Source of the DNA: an uncultured Bacilli bacterium
GTDB lineage: Bacteria; Bacillota_I; Bacilli_A; RF39; UBA660
DNA length: 62,437 nt
Direction of reading: 5' to 3'
Assembly (NCBI GenBank): GCA_944332555.1
Contig: CALVKF010000003.1
Span: 1 to 62,437 of the forward strand
Shown: positions 48,065 to 58,388 of the stretch, piece after piece
Layout: every line of letters starts with the position of its first letter
How positions within the stretch are numbered: position 1 is the first letter of the stretch
Made by a program: the position numbers and the translations under genes
The notes under the pieces: model-generated
Database searches by the model: none
Seen by the model: only the letters and a program-made list of their open reading frames with translations
Told to the model about the DNA's origin: nothing

Positions 48065-48619
48065 TTGTTATATCCAAACAACATTAAAAAAGATTATCAA
48101 AAAACTACAACTTATAGTAATCGTGGTATGGATTTAGAAGGTATAATTGAAAGTACTAATGAACACTATCGGGATAATGATATAGCATATATTTATAAAA
48201 AGCCAACTCCTATTGGAGTTACAAAAGTTGCGTATAGTAATAAAGGAAAAAGAATTCAAGATGGATTTTATAAAAGTCCATCAACTCTAGATTTTAATGG
48301 ACTTTATAAAGGCTATTACATTGAATTTGATGCAAAAGTTACAGAAAATAAGACTGCTTTTCCAATAAGTAATGTCCATGAACACCAAATTAAACATATA
48401 TATAATATAAATAAACATGGAGGTATAGTTTTTTTAATAATTATGATGAATAATAAATATTTTTTACTTATGGGTACTACTTTTTTAGATTTTTTAAAAA
48501 ATAATGAAAGAAAAAGCATTCCTTATAAATATTTAGAAGAAAATGCCTATGAAATGAAATTAAGTTTAAAAGGATTAGATTACTTAAAAATAATTGATAA
48601 ATTTATGGAGGATAGATAA
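48065..48619 (+). CDS. recU: Holliday junction resolvase RecU
   Basis: YSNRGMDLEGIIESTNEHY, IYKKPTPI, DFNGLYKGYYIEFDAK. TTG start after AGGTGA. It is followed by ponA as in Bacillus. Confidence 0.92.
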   Translation: MLYPNNIKKDYQKTTTYSNRGMDLEGIIESTNEHYRDNDIAYIYKKPTPIGVTKVAYSNKGKRIQDGFYKSPSTLDFNGLYKGYYIEFDAKVTENKTAFPISNVHEHQIKHIYNINKHGGIVFLIIMMNNKYFLLMGTTFLDFLKNNERKSIPYKYLEENAYEMKLSLKGLDYLKIIDKFMEDR

Positions 48620-51222
48620 TGAAAAAAATAAAAGTTGGAAAATTAAAAATTAAGAAAAGTAATTCAAAAAAGAAAGAAAATAACGACAATAAAACAAAAA
48701 AACCAGTTAAAACCATAGTAATTTCTAGTATATTAATATTAGGTATTGCTATAGTTTCTATAATTTTAGTATTTGCCTTATATATAATTATTACATCTCC
48801 TAATTTTGATCGAGATGAATTATATTCTAAAGAATCAACTGTTCTTTATTATAGCGATGGCGTTACCGAACTCGCTAGAATTGGAGCAGAAGATCGAGTT
48901 TTAGTATCATATGATGATTTACCTCAAGTATTAGTAGATGCCATTATTGCTACAGAAGATTCTAGATTTTTTCAACATAAAGGTATGGATGTCTTACGTT
49001 TTATTAAAGCAGCATTTGGCCAATTACTAGGAAATAGTTCAGCTGGTGGAGCATCTACATTAACTATGCAACTTGTAAAGCAAGTTTATACTAATTCCGA
49101 AGATGAAGGTCTTGCAGGTATAATTCGTAAATTTACAGATATTTATATGGCTATTTTTAAAGTTGAAAGCAATTATACTAAAGAAGAAATCATTGAGTTT
49201 TATGTCAATTCCCAATGGCTAGGTAATGCCGGAAGTGTCAATACATCAGGAATTTATGGTGTTGAACAAGCTTGTCAATATTTCTTTGGTAAGTCAGTTT
49301 CAGATATATCTTTAGCGGAAGCATCAATTATTGCGGGAATGTTCCAAAATCCCAGAACTCGTAACCCTTACACTTATCCTGAAAATGCTCGAAATAGACA
49401 AGAAACTGTTTTAACACTTATGGTCGACCACGGATATATTACAGAAGCTGAAAAAGAAGCGGCTTTAGCTATTCCAATTGAATCATTACTTACAACTAGA
49501 GATTCTAGTAGTTCCGCTAATCAAGCTGTAATTGATTATGTAGTTGATGATGTCACTGATAAAACAGGATATGATCCATTTTATGTATCAATGGAAATAA
49601 TTACAACCATTAATCCTGATGTTCAAGAAGTACTAAATCAATTAGAAAGCGGCGAATTATACGAATTTCCAAATGATGTTATTCAAGAAGGTATAGCCAT
49701 AACTAGTATTGAAGACGGTTCAATAGTTGCCCTATCTGGTGGTAGAAACTATACAGCTTTAGGTACAAACCGTGCAACCATAAGAAGACAACCAGGTTCA
49801 ACCGCCAAACCAATATTTGACTACGGTCCTTATATTGAATATTTAAATGGTTCTCCAGGAACTTACTTTCTAGATGAGCCTTATACATATAGCAATGGTA
49901 CAACAATTAATAACTCGGATAGACAGTATATGGGACTAATTACAATGCGTTCAGCGCTTATTAATTCTCGAAATATTCCAGCTCTCAAAGCTTTCCAAGC
50001 AGTATACAATGAAGATCCTGATTATATTTCTGATTTTGCTCATAGTTTAGGAATTAATTATGGAACTGACCTTTATGAATCAGCATCTATCGGTGGTTTT
50101 GAAGGAATTTCTCCAATTGAAATGAGTGTCGCTTATGCTGCTTTTGGCCGCGGAGGATATTATATTGAACCATATTCATTTACAAGAGCTGAAAATCTAG
50201 TAACTGGTGAAGTTTATGAATATAAATATGAACAAACAAGAGTAATGAGTGAAGAAACTGCTTACATGGTAACTGATATGCTCGTATCTGCTGCTGAATC
50301 AGGTGTTGGGGGTGTAGAAGTTAGTGGTACTGATATAGCTGCTAAATCTGGTACATCAAATGTTGATAGAACCTGGGCGGAAAATAACGGTGTCCCAACA
50401 TCAGCAACCAGAGATGCTTGGAATGTTACCTACTCTCCAGAATATGCTATAGCCTTATGGGTTGGTTATGATAGTACATCAAAAGATAATTATCTAACCG
50501 TATCTGTTGGTAATAGAGTTCGTTCAGGAGTTATGAAAGCTGTTGGATCAAGAGTCTATTCAAGAAACCAAACATTTGACCAACCTAGTGGTGTTATTGA
50601 AGTCGAAATCGAAAGAGAAACCTTCCCATTACAACTTGCCAGTGAATATACTCCAGAAAACATGAAAACAATTGAATTATTTAAAGAAGGTACAGAACCA
50701 ACAGAAACATCTACTAGATATCAAAAATTAGATACTCCAACAAATGGTGATTATACATATGATGGTACAACTCTAAATTTAAGTTGGGATGCAATTGCTA
50801 CACCTGATGCCATAAATACATCATATTTACAAGATTATTTTAATACCTATTATGATAATCAGGCAAGTAAATATTATGAACAAAGATTAAGTTATAACAA
50901 TTCAAATATCGGTACAATAGAATATCGCATTTATAAACAAGAAAATAATGGTACACTTACTTTAGTAGGACAAACATCTAATACAAACTATACATTACAA
51001 CCTACTGAAACTGGTGAAGTTACCTATGTAATAAGAGCATCATATACAATATTTACTGCTAATATGTCAGATAACTTGGAAATAGAAGTAAATCTAGGAA
51101 TGGATTCTAATATTGATGACATTATAAACCCAAATCCAGGTGATGATACAACACCAGATAATCCAAATAGACCAACTACTCCAAGTGATGATAATGAAAA
51201 TACCGATACAGGATTAGAATAG
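48619..51222 (+). CDS. ponA: Class A penicillin-binding protein (glycosyltransferase plus transpeptidase) with a C-terminal extension
   Basis: GT51 motifs (EDSRFFQHKGMD, GASTLTMQL, RKF), transpeptidase STAKP, SRN, KSGT. ATGA overlap with recU. Confidence 0.93.
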   Translation: MKKIKVGKLKIKKSNSKKKENNDNKTKKPVKTIVISSILILGIAIVSIILVFALYIIITSPNFDRDELYSKESTVLYYSDGVTELARIGAEDRVLVSYDDLPQVLVDAIIATEDSRFFQHKGMDVLRFIKAAFGQLLGNSSAGGASTLTMQLVKQVYTNSEDEGLAGIIRKFTDIYMAIFKVESNYTKEEIIEFYVNSQWLGNAGSVNTSGIYGVEQACQYFFGKSVSDISLAEASIIAGMFQNPRTRNPYTYPENARNRQETVLTLMVDHGYITEAEKEAALAIPIESLLTTRDSSSSANQAVIDYVVDDVTDKTGYDPFYVSMEIITTINPDVQEVLNQLESGELYEFPNDVIQEGIAITSIEDGSIVALSGGRNYTALGTNRATIRRQPGSTAKPIFDYGPYIEYLNGSPGTYFLDEPYTYSNGTTINNSDRQYMGLITMRSALINSRNIPALKAFQAVYNEDPDYISDFAHSLGINYGTDLYESASIGGFEGISPIEMSVAYAAFGRGGYYIEPYSFTRAENLVTGEVYEYKYEQTRVMSEETAYMVTDMLVSAAESGVGGVEVSGTDIAAKSGTSNVDRTWAENNGVPTSATRDAWNVTYSPEYAIALWVGYDSTSKDNYLTVSVGNRVRSGVMKAVGSRVYSRNQTFDQPSGVIEVEIERETFPLQLASEYTPENMKTIELFKEGTEPTETSTRYQKLDTPTNGDYTYDGTTLNLSWDAIATPDAINTSYLQDYFNTYYDNQASKYYEQRLSYNNSNIGTIEYRIYKQENNGTLTLVGQTSNTNYTLQPTETGEVTYVIRASYTIFTANMSDNLEIEVNLGMDSNIDDIINPNPGDDTTPDNPNRPTTPSDDNENTDTGLE

Positions 51223-51254
51223 AAAAATCAAGGAGAAATTTCCTTGATTTTTTA
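51223..51254. terminator. Bidirectional terminator between ponA and the convergent gene
   Basis: Stem AATCAAGGA/TCCTTGATT flanked by A5 and T6. Confidence 0.75.
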
Positions 51255-52358
51255 TGTTCGATATTTTTTCATATATTTATCTTTAATATGATAAAATTTA
51301 GCAACTGATTCTTCTAGATCAATATAATTATCAGGATTTTTATCCATTAGCTTTATCTTCTCTGGAGTAATAATAGCTGGTTCATAAGCATTTAATAAAT
51401 CTTCGGGATTAGGAAAATGTTCTAATACTTCATCTAAATAATCTAGTAATGATGATTGAATATGAGCAAATAAATTCTGTGGTTCATTATCATTTTCAAT
51501 ACAATAATATATTTCAATATCTCTAAATAAAGCAAAAGATTTTGCTTGATCTCCATCAATTTGTTCTAATTTTGCTTCTAAAGGTCTAGTACCTTTGTTA
51601 CCAAAATAACAAATCTTTAATAACTCATCTCCCCCAAGTAGAGCTATTAGTTGTAAAATTAAACATTCTTCAATAAAGTAACCACTAGCAATTTCATGAT
51701 TACTAGGTATAGCAATTGATGCAAGTAGCTCGGTAAAACCTTCAGTTAAACCTCTGTTTTTTTCAGCTATATTCTCTGATGGATATTTATCAAAACCCGT
51801 TAAACTAATATTTTTATCATGATCATAGTTAGCTGATGCCATATGTAATAATTCATGAACCAAAGTATGAATTAAATCTCTAGTAAAATAATCTTCGGGA
51901 TTTTTGGTAATATGAGCTATTTGATATACTACTTTTACTGCTTCTCTATTAAATATTATCGTATTATCTTTAGCATTATAATTACCAGTTGCACCGATTT
52001 CCTTATATCTTTCATTAGGTATTTCAGGCATATTAATAGCATCTAAATTTAAATCTATTTTCAATGTTTTTAATTTTTTATAAAAGTTTTCTCTATATAT
52101 CCCTGGAATAATGCTCTCAATCCAATTTAATAAAATATCGACATTATTATATTTATTTAATTCCGGATTACTAGCTATAATTTCATTTAAATAAGCACTA
52201 TTATAAATATATTTATATCTATGTAATAAATTATGTATTTTAATTTTTTCCGCTTCATTTAAAGATATTACTTTATTATTTTCAAATTTAGATATTATTA
52301 ATTTTTTATTATCATAAGTTATAATATATTTAATACCATGATATGTAAAATATTTCAT
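51252..52358 (-). CDS. Hypothetical protein with an HExxH zinc-metallopeptidase-like motif
   Basis: LIHTLVHELLHMAS is the only recognisable feature. There is a 4-nt overlap with nth. Confidence 0.55.
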   Translation of the reverse strand: MKYFTYHGIKYIITYDNKKLIISKFENNKVISLNEAEKIKIHNLLHRYKYIYNSAYLNEIIASNPELNKYNNVDILLNWIESIIPGIYRENFYKKLKTLKIDLNLDAINMPEIPNERYKEIGATGNYNAKDNTIIFNREAVKVVYQIAHITKNPEDYFTRDLIHTLVHELLHMASANYDHDKNISLTGFDKYPSENIAEKNRGLTEGFTELLASIAIPSNHEIASGYFIEECLILQLIALLGGDELLKICYFGNKGTRPLEAKLEQIDGDQAKSFALFRDIEIYYCIENDNEPQNLFAHIQSSLLDYLDEVLEHFPNPEDLLNAYEPAIITPEKIKLMDKNPDNYIDLEESVAKFYHIKDKYMKKYRT

Positions 52359-52972
52359 TTTTGCTCCTTAATGTATTTGCATTTATAAAATGGACAGTTA
52401 CTACAATCAGGATTTTTACTTTTACAGGTGTATCTACCAAATAATACTAATTGATGATGAACTCTACTCCATTTATCCTTGGGAAAAAACTTCATTAAAT
52501 CTTGTTCAATAATAGATACATCATCACTTTTTGTTAAACCAAGGCGTTGAGACACTCTTGCTACATGAGTATCTACAGCAATAGCAGGAACATTATAAAT
52601 ATTTGATAAAACGACATTACAAGTCTTTCTTCCTACTCCAGGAAGACTTTCTAAATACTGTCTATTATTTGGTACTATACCATTGTAATCACTAACTAAT
52701 CTGGTGGCAACTACTCTTATATATTCAGCTTTTCTTTTGTATGTTCCAACAGGATAAATAATTTTTTCAATATCTTTTAAATCTGCATCTTTTAAACTAA
52801 AAATATTATATTTAGAAAATAACACTTTAGTTACTTCATTTACCCTTTTATCAGTTGATTGAGCTGATAAGATTGTCGCAATTAAAAGTTCATAATCTTT
52901 GTTATATAAAAGTTCACATCTCGCATCAGGATACAAATAATCTAATTTTTCTAATACTTCACTACTTTTCAT
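52355..52972 (-). CDS. nth: Endonuclease III
   Basis: HhH-GPD region (LPGVGRKTCNVVL, VDTHV) and a C-terminal 4Fe-4S Cys cluster CKSKNPDCSNCPFYKC. Confidence 0.93.
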   Translation of the reverse strand: MKSSEVLEKLDYLYPDARCELLYNKDYELLIATILSAQSTDKRVNEVTKVLFSKYNIFSLKDADLKDIEKIIYPVGTYKRKAEYIRVVATRLVSDYNGIVPNNRQYLESLPGVGRKTCNVVLSNIYNVPAIAVDTHVARVSQRLGLTKSDDVSIIEQDLMKFFPKDKWSRVHHQLVLFGRYTCKSKNPDCSNCPFYKCKYIKEQK

Positions 52973-53588
52973 TTAACCAATCAAAATTTAGTATACTTGT
53001 TTCAAATAATTTATCTTCTCTAGCATCATCATTAAACCTATTATTAACTTCATCTATTGTTTTATAACCTTTTCTATTCCATTCATATAAAACTTTATCA
53101 ATATATCTTAAACTACATACCCCATTATAAACGGCTTCCTTTAAGGCCGCAATAATAACTTCTTCACTAAATCCTTTATCAATCCAAGCATTAATTATTT
53201 CATAATCCATTGCTGATAAAGTTTTACCAAATTCACTTTCAAATACACTAAATATATCCTTTCTACTATTTTCAATTTCGGCTTTTTTATTATCACTTTT
53301 TATTTCATTATAAAAATTATCTAAACTAACTCTTTCCACAACTTTACCTTCATCATCTTTTTCGGCTTTAACCTTAATTAATTTCTTACTCATTAATTTA
53401 GAATAAGCCTCTAATATTTTATCTTCACTCATAGATAAAGATTTACCAATAACTTTGATATTAAAAATAGAATCAAAAGAGTTATCAAAATACATTAAAA
53501 GTAAAAATTCGTTTAAAGATAAATCCTGTTTTAATGCCTCTTTAATGAAAATGCTTTCTAAAACAAACTTTTTATTATCTTTAAACAT
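52962..53588 (-). CDS. dnaD: Replication initiation/membrane attachment protein DnaD
   Basis: DnaD C-terminal domain (INAWIDKGFSEEVIIAALKEAVYNGVCSLRYIDKVLYEWNRKG). dnaD-nth synteny as in Bacillus. Start set to ATG 53588, 9 nt after AAGGAA. Confidence 0.85.
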   Translation of the reverse strand: MFKDNKKFVLESIFIKEALKQDLSLNEFLLLMYFDNSFDSIFNIKVIGKSLSMSEDKILEAYSKLMSKKLIKVKAEKDDEGKVVERVSLDNFYNEIKSDNKKAEIENSRKDIFSVFESEFGKTLSAMDYEIINAWIDKGFSEEVIIAALKEAVYNGVCSLRYIDKVLYEWNRKGYKTIDEVNNRFNDDAREDKLFETSILNFDWLNEK

Positions 53589-53593
53589 AATTC

Positions 53594-54658
53594 TCACTTC
53601 CTTTTTAATAAATATTTAATTATATCCCCTTTTTTATTTTTTAATCTTTTATGCAATATCATTTCTTTTAAATCTTCATACACAATATTTATATCTTTAC
53701 CATGAATATCTAGTAAATCACTAATTTCATTACCTTTAATAGCAATATCGCTTCGATCTTTAATGGGTAATTTTTTATACATACTACTTATTCTTTTACT
53801 GCTAATATTCATAATCATTCCAGCAATTATATTAACATACAAACCGTATTTATAAAGTGTATCATTATTTACAGTGCCATAATTTATTATCTCGGTAATA
53901 TTTATTATATTGCTTTTTTCAACATTTGTAAATGGGATATCGGAAATTTTTACTTGAACCCACATACCTACAATATCTTTTGTATAAACTACATCTTCGT
54001 ATTCTATTCCTAATTCCTCACTTATTTTAAATTCATCACATAATTTTAGGCCTTTCCTATAATTTGGACTCATTAATATTTTACTAAATTCTCTTTTAAC
54101 TCTGTCTTTAGATAAAGTGTTAACTAGCTTATATTTTTTCTTTATAGCTTTTATTAACTCTTCATCTAAATTAAAATCTAGAACAGTTGCAAAACGAATT
54201 GCCCTAAGTATTCTTAGTGGATCTTCAACTAATCTCTCGATGTTATCTCCAATCATTTTGATAGTTCGGTTATTTAAGTCATTAACGCCATTTAATAAAT
54301 CAATAATTTTGCCATCTTTATCCATACAAATAGTATTAATAGTAAAATCTCTTCTTTTTAAATCGGTCATTAAATCAGTAATATATTCTACTTCCATAGG
54401 TCTTCTTTTATTATAATGGGAATCTTTTCTAAAAGTAGTTATATCAATATTATAATTATCAACAATTAATTTAGAACCACCATAATTATTGGCACAAATA
54501 TTAAAAATACTATAAATATCTTTAGGTAAAGCGGTAGTACATATATCTACATCATAAGTTTTAATTCCGAGTAAATAATCTCTAACATATCCTCCGACGA
54601 GATATGCCTCATACTCTTTATTTAATTCATCAAGTACACTTTTTATAACTTTATCCAT
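53594..54658 (-). CDS. cca: CCA-adding tRNA nucleotidyltransferase
   Basis: GGYVRDYLLG....DVDI, RRDFTINT, DPLRILRAIRF. Confidence 0.9.
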   Translation of the reverse strand: MDKVIKSVLDELNKEYEAYLVGGYVRDYLLGIKTYDVDICTTALPKDIYSIFNICANNYGGSKLIVDNYNIDITTFRKDSHYNKRRPMEVEYITDLMTDLKRRDFTINTICMDKDGKIIDLLNGVNDLNNRTIKMIGDNIERLVEDPLRILRAIRFATVLDFNLDEELIKAIKKKYKLVNTLSKDRVKREFSKILMSPNYRKGLKLCDEFKISEELGIEYEDVVYTKDIVGMWVQVKISDIPFTNVEKSNIINITEIINYGTVNNDTLYKYGLYVNIIAGMIMNISSKRISSMYKKLPIKDRSDIAIKGNEISDLLDIHGKDINIVYEDLKEMILHKRLKNKKGDIIKYLLKRK

Positions 54659-54713
54659 ATTATCCCCATTTAATTATACAACACTTTTATTATATTTAAT
54701 ATCATTAAAAGAA

Positions 54714-54739
54714 AAAACAATCATTTTTTTGATTGTTTT
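54714..54739 (-). terminator. Terminator of the SDR gene
   Basis: Stem AAAACAATC/GATTGTTTT overlapping the stop codon, with a T-rich tail on the minus strand. Confidence 0.6.
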
Positions 54740-55502
54740 ACACTCCCATAGTGGTTGTTTCTGGTAAGGTTGAACCACCATCAATTATAATGCCTTGACC
54801 GGTGATATAACTAGATTCACTACATCCCAAAAATGCTACTAATTCGCCAATTTCTTCTGGTGTTGCAAGTCTTTTTAAAGGAACTGCACTAGCTATACCT
54901 TCAATAACAGATTCTGGGTTATCAGGATTACTATCTTTAGCCATATTATCAACCATTGGTGTATGAATATAACCAGGCATTACCGCATTAACTCTTATTT
55001 TTTTGCTAGCAAGTTCTGCCGCTAAAGATTTAGTAAATCCCAATACTGCAGCTTTACTTGTAGCATAAGCAACTTCTCCAGGATCAGCCACATTTGGTCC
55101 AGTTACACTAGACATATTAACAATAGCAGATCCTTCTTTTAAATATGGAAGAGCACATTTAGTTACATTCCAAGTACCTTTAATATTAATATCAAAGTGA
55201 TAATCTCTCTCTTCATCAGTCATATCAGCAAAAGGCACAAGCTTACAAACCCCAGCATTATTAACCAAAATGTCAAGAGATTCCATTTTTTCCATTGCTT
55301 CATCAATAGCTAATCTTACATCATCAACATTTCTAATATCAACATGACTCGCAATTACATTATCACTATTCATAGTAGTCACTTCTTCATCATAATCAAG
55401 TACTATAACCTTCGCACCATATTTTAAAAATACATCTACTATGCCTCTGCCGGCGCCTTTAAACCCACCAGTTACAAGAGCAACTTTACCTTCTAATTTC
55501 AT
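54738..55502 (-). CDS. Short-chain dehydrogenase/reductase (UcpA/FabG-like)
   Basis: KVALVTGG..GAGRGI, NNAG, YATSKAAVLGFTKSLA (YxxxK). Start set to ATG 55502 after AAGGAGGATTGATAAA; the track's 68-aa N-terminal extension is rejected. Confidence 0.88.
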   Translation of the reverse strand: MKLEGKVALVTGGFKGAGRGIVDVFLKYGAKVIVLDYDEEVTTMNSDNVIASHVDIRNVDDVRLAIDEAMEKMESLDILVNNAGVCKLVPFADMTDEERDYHFDINIKGTWNVTKCALPYLKEGSAIVNMSSVTGPNVADPGEVAYATSKAAVLGFTKSLAAELASKKIRVNAVMPGYIHTPMVDNMAKDSNPDNPESVIEGIASAVPLKRLATPEEIGELVAFLGCSESSYITGQGIIIDGGSTLPETTTMGV

Positions 55503-55618
55503 TTTATCAATCCTCCTTATCTTTATTATAATTAATATTTCCCAATAAATAAAGATTAAACTAATTTTTTTGACATTAATACTATAAAAAAAGCAAAAAA
55601 ATGTTATTATATTATATA

Positions 55619-55635
55619 TAGACAAATTTTGTCTA
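55619..55635. promoter_or_regulatory. 17-bp palindrome TAGACAAA-T-TTTGTCTA abutting TGATAAT, upstream of the second XRE gene
   Basis: Read directly. It lies in the divergent SDR/XRE intergenic region. Its half-site GACA..TGTC resembles the 127-141 repeat. Confidence 0.45.
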
Positions 55636-55659
55636 TGATAATAAAAGAAAGGACGGAAA

Positions 55660-55887
55660 ATGAATAGATTAAAGGAATTACGGGAAAGCAAAAACTTATT
55701 AGCCAAAGATGTTGCAAAACATCTAGAAATTGACGAAGAAAAATATAATCAATATGAATTAAATAAAGAAAAAATGCCTGCAGATTACTTAATTAATTTA
55801 GCCAAATTTTATAATACATCAATTGATTATATTCTTTATCAAACAGATGTCAACAAACCTTATCCCGCATTAGAAGAAAAAGAATAA
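55660..55887 (+). CDS. XRE-family HTH transcriptional regulator
   Basis: MNRLKELRESKNLLAKDVAKHLEIDEEKYNQYE is an HTH_3 core. Divergent from the SDR gene. Confidence 0.8.
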   Translation: MNRLKELRESKNLLAKDVAKHLEIDEEKYNQYELNKEKMPADYLINLAKFYNTSIDYILYQTDVNKPYPALEEKE

Positions 55888-55908
55888 TTCAAAGCGAATT
55901 ATTCTTTT

Positions 55909-56496
55909 TTATACCACAATTCTTATAGGATTACTTGAAGTTCCTGTACCACTAGAATATAAAACATTGGAGTTAAGGTAAAAAACCGGTCTATATGGAT
56001 ATTGAGTTGAAGGTCTAGCACTAGTTATTGAACCAGAATAAGATGATATTATCATAATAGAATTAACATTTGTGCTCGGGGAAATTGTTAAATCATAATA
56101 ATCATTATAATATAACCAATTACTATCTGCGGCTAAATGATAATCTCCCAAAACTGTATTCCAATTATCTGGAGTTGCTGCATATCCATAATCAGATACA
56201 TACATTAATCCTATCTTGGCATTATAAATCGTACTACTACTAGGTCGATCCCCAAATTCGAACTCGTAATACTCTTTAGCCGTGTAATATTCACTATCTC
56301 CTACACCCCCAACATGCCAATTCGTATCAACAATTAAACTAGCCCAAGTACTATCAAAACTTGATAAATAAGTTCCATTTACTATATTTAGAATTGAAAA
56401 TGATTTAAATACTCCTCTAATAGATACTTTTGGTAAAATTGCTATAGCACTCGAATTAAGTGATAAAGAAATTGCTGATGAAATAAAAAAAGCCAC
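55909..56496 (-). pseudogene. Secreted-protein gene with a disrupted 5' end (possible T7-tract frameshift)
   Basis: The ORF has no RBS at its GTG. An ATG at 56527 gives MNLFF... and would join in frame as MNLFFLFSFKVAFFISSAISLSLNSSAIA (signal-peptide-like) if the T7 run (56512-56518) lost one T. The C-terminal ...YRPVFYLNSNV resembles uncharacterised surface-protein domains. Confidence 0.4.
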
Positions 56497-56547
56497 TTTA
56501 AAGGAAAAAAGAAAAAAATAAATTCATAATAAAAGGTAGCGAATTTG

Positions 56548-57429
56548 CTACCTCTTTTTAGTAACTGATGCTTTATATATTTCTTTAATAGATTTACTTA
56601 AGGCATCACTAAATTCTTCATCACTTTGATTAATACTTAAGCTTTCAAGTAATGCTCTAGAAAAACTTGCTATCATTTTTTTGTTTTCTCTTAATTTTTC
56701 GCAAGCAACTTCTCTTGAATAGCCACCAGATAAAGCCACTAATCTTAAGACATTTTTTGGAGTTAAAAGGGGATTATAATAATTTGGAACATCTGGTAAA
56801 GTTAATTTTATTATTACATAATCTTCTTTTTTTAATTTATATAAATTTTTTAATAATTCTTGTCTTAAAAATGATTCTATTAACTTTTTATTTTTAGCAT
56901 CAATACTTACTTCTGGTTCTATAATGGGAATTAGACCTTTCGCGATGATTTGTCTTGCTAACTTAAATTGTTGTTCAACAACCTTTTTAATTCCATATTC
57001 ATTATATTCATTAATTACAGAACGCATTTTTGTTCCAATTACGCCATAACTAACTGCTTCATCTAAAACTTCATCTAAGGCAGGAATATCTTTAAGTATT
57101 CTTACCCCATCACATTCATCTTCTAAACCAACATCTATTTTTAAAAAAGCATATATTCCTTTATTTTTTAAATACTCTACGGTATTTATACCATCAATAT
57201 TTCTTTTCATAGTATCATAAAATAAAATTGCCCCGATGATAGAATCAGAATTAAAGGCATCATTACCAATAATTCTTGAACGCATTTCATGAATATAGTC
57301 AAACATTACTTCATCACTAGTTATTAGCCTCTCATCTACTCCATAATTGGCCAAAGTCTTTTTACTAGATCCACCACTTTGATCCATGGCTGCAATAAAG
57401 CCTTTTTTTGTTTTTAAATCTTCAATCAT
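56548..57429 (-). CDS. fda: Class I fructose-bisphosphate aldolase
   Basis: KGFIAAMDQSGGSSKKTLANYGV and the overall length match the Gram-positive class I aldolase. A GGTAGC/GCTACC terminator hairpin lies at the stop codon. Confidence 0.88.
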   Translation of the reverse strand: MIEDLKTKKGFIAAMDQSGGSSKKTLANYGVDERLITSDEVMFDYIHEMRSRIIGNDAFNSDSIIGAILFYDTMKRNIDGINTVEYLKNKGIYAFLKIDVGLEDECDGVRILKDIPALDEVLDEAVSYGVIGTKMRSVINEYNEYGIKKVVEQQFKLARQIIAKGLIPIIEPEVSIDAKNKKLIESFLRQELLKNLYKLKKEDYVIIKLTLPDVPNYYNPLLTPKNVLRLVALSGGYSREVACEKLRENKKMIASFSRALLESLSINQSDEEFSDALSKSIKEIYKASVTKKR

Positions 57430-58388
57430 TATTCCCTTACCTCTCTTTTTATTAATTTAGCATGAAGTACTACTCTTTCTTCATCATTATAACAAGTTGA
57501 TAAAGTAAGAATTTTATCTTCTGCACTAAATTCAACATTAAAATCATATTGACTTCTACTCTTTAACATATTAATAAAATCTAAAAAATCTGTATCATTA
57601 CTAAATTTAACTTGTAAGTAATCACTAGTTGTAGGTATATGATAAACACTAAATACTTGCCATAAGGTATTTTCAGTTGGTGTTGATAATTTCACAACAT
57701 GATTATTGATATCATTAAACCAATCACTATTAAAGATATTTTTTAGGGAACCAAACATTGTTCCATTAAGTCTTCCATGAGCATAAATTATGGTATTTTT
57801 ATCAAGTTCATTTATATTATTTCGATAATCTAAATATACCCAACCTGCTGAATTATATTCTTTATTAAAATCTCTTTTTAAATAATAATCATTATCACTA
57901 GTTTGCACAAATGGATAATTAATATTGGTGCCACTTACTTGAAGCCAGCCCTTAGTATCACTATTTATTTCTAAAAGATTAGAAAAATCAACATTAATTA
58001 AATTCATTTTGATATAATCCCAATATGGATTGGCAGGATCTTCTTCTACCGGAGGATTAACAATCTCTGTTGCTTCAGTATCCTCTACTTCTTCAACTAC
58101 CGCATTATCTGCAATTAACTCCATTTGCGCATAGGTTTTATCGGAATCAATTTTCCAAGCCAGTATTTGATAACCGGAAAATGACGCAATACCTAAACAA
58201 ACTAAAAATATACAAAATACCACGCATTTCATCAAAGATAGTTTTTTTTCAACTATCCTTTTTTGATACATTTTTTTCTTAGCCTTTTCGGCCTTTAACA
58301 TTGGCAGTATTACTTCATCTATATCATCTGGCATCAAGTATTCTAATAATTTATCATTTTTACTCTTCCCCATATAATCACTACTCAT
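57429..58388 (-). CDS. srtB: Class B sortase with an extended cytoplasmic N-terminus
   Basis: TM anchor, GWLQVSGTNINYPFVQTSDNDYYL, IIYAHG, catalytic TLSTC, RVVLHAKL. Confidence 0.88.
   Translation of the reverse strand: MSSDYMGKSKNDKLLEYLMPDDIDEVILPMLKAEKAKKKMYQKRIVEKKLSLMKCVVFCIFLVCLGIASFSGYQILAWKIDSDKTYAQMELIADNAVVEEVEDTEATEIVNPPVEEDPANPYWDYIKMNLINVDFSNLLEINSDTKGWLQVSGTNINYPFVQTSDNDYYLKRDFNKEYNSAGWVYLDYRNNINELDKNTIIYAHGRLNGTMFGSLKNIFNSDWFNDINNHVVKLSTPTENTLWQVFSVYHIPTTSDYLQVKFSNDTDFLDFINMLKSRSQYDFNVEFSAEDKILTLSTCYNDEERVVLHAKLIKREVRE

Noticed and set aside
54738-55706. 322-aa version of the SDR ORF, and similar N-terminal extensions of pcrA (to 11500), abiEi (to 1953), jetC (to 39363), jetD (to 35393), pgsA (to 46576), cotD (to 45884) and the 45025 gene (to 45489)
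   Set aside because: The extensions are low-complexity, hydrophobic translations of AT-rich leaders without an RBS. Internal ATGs with proper GGAGG-type RBS spacing match the homolog N-termini.
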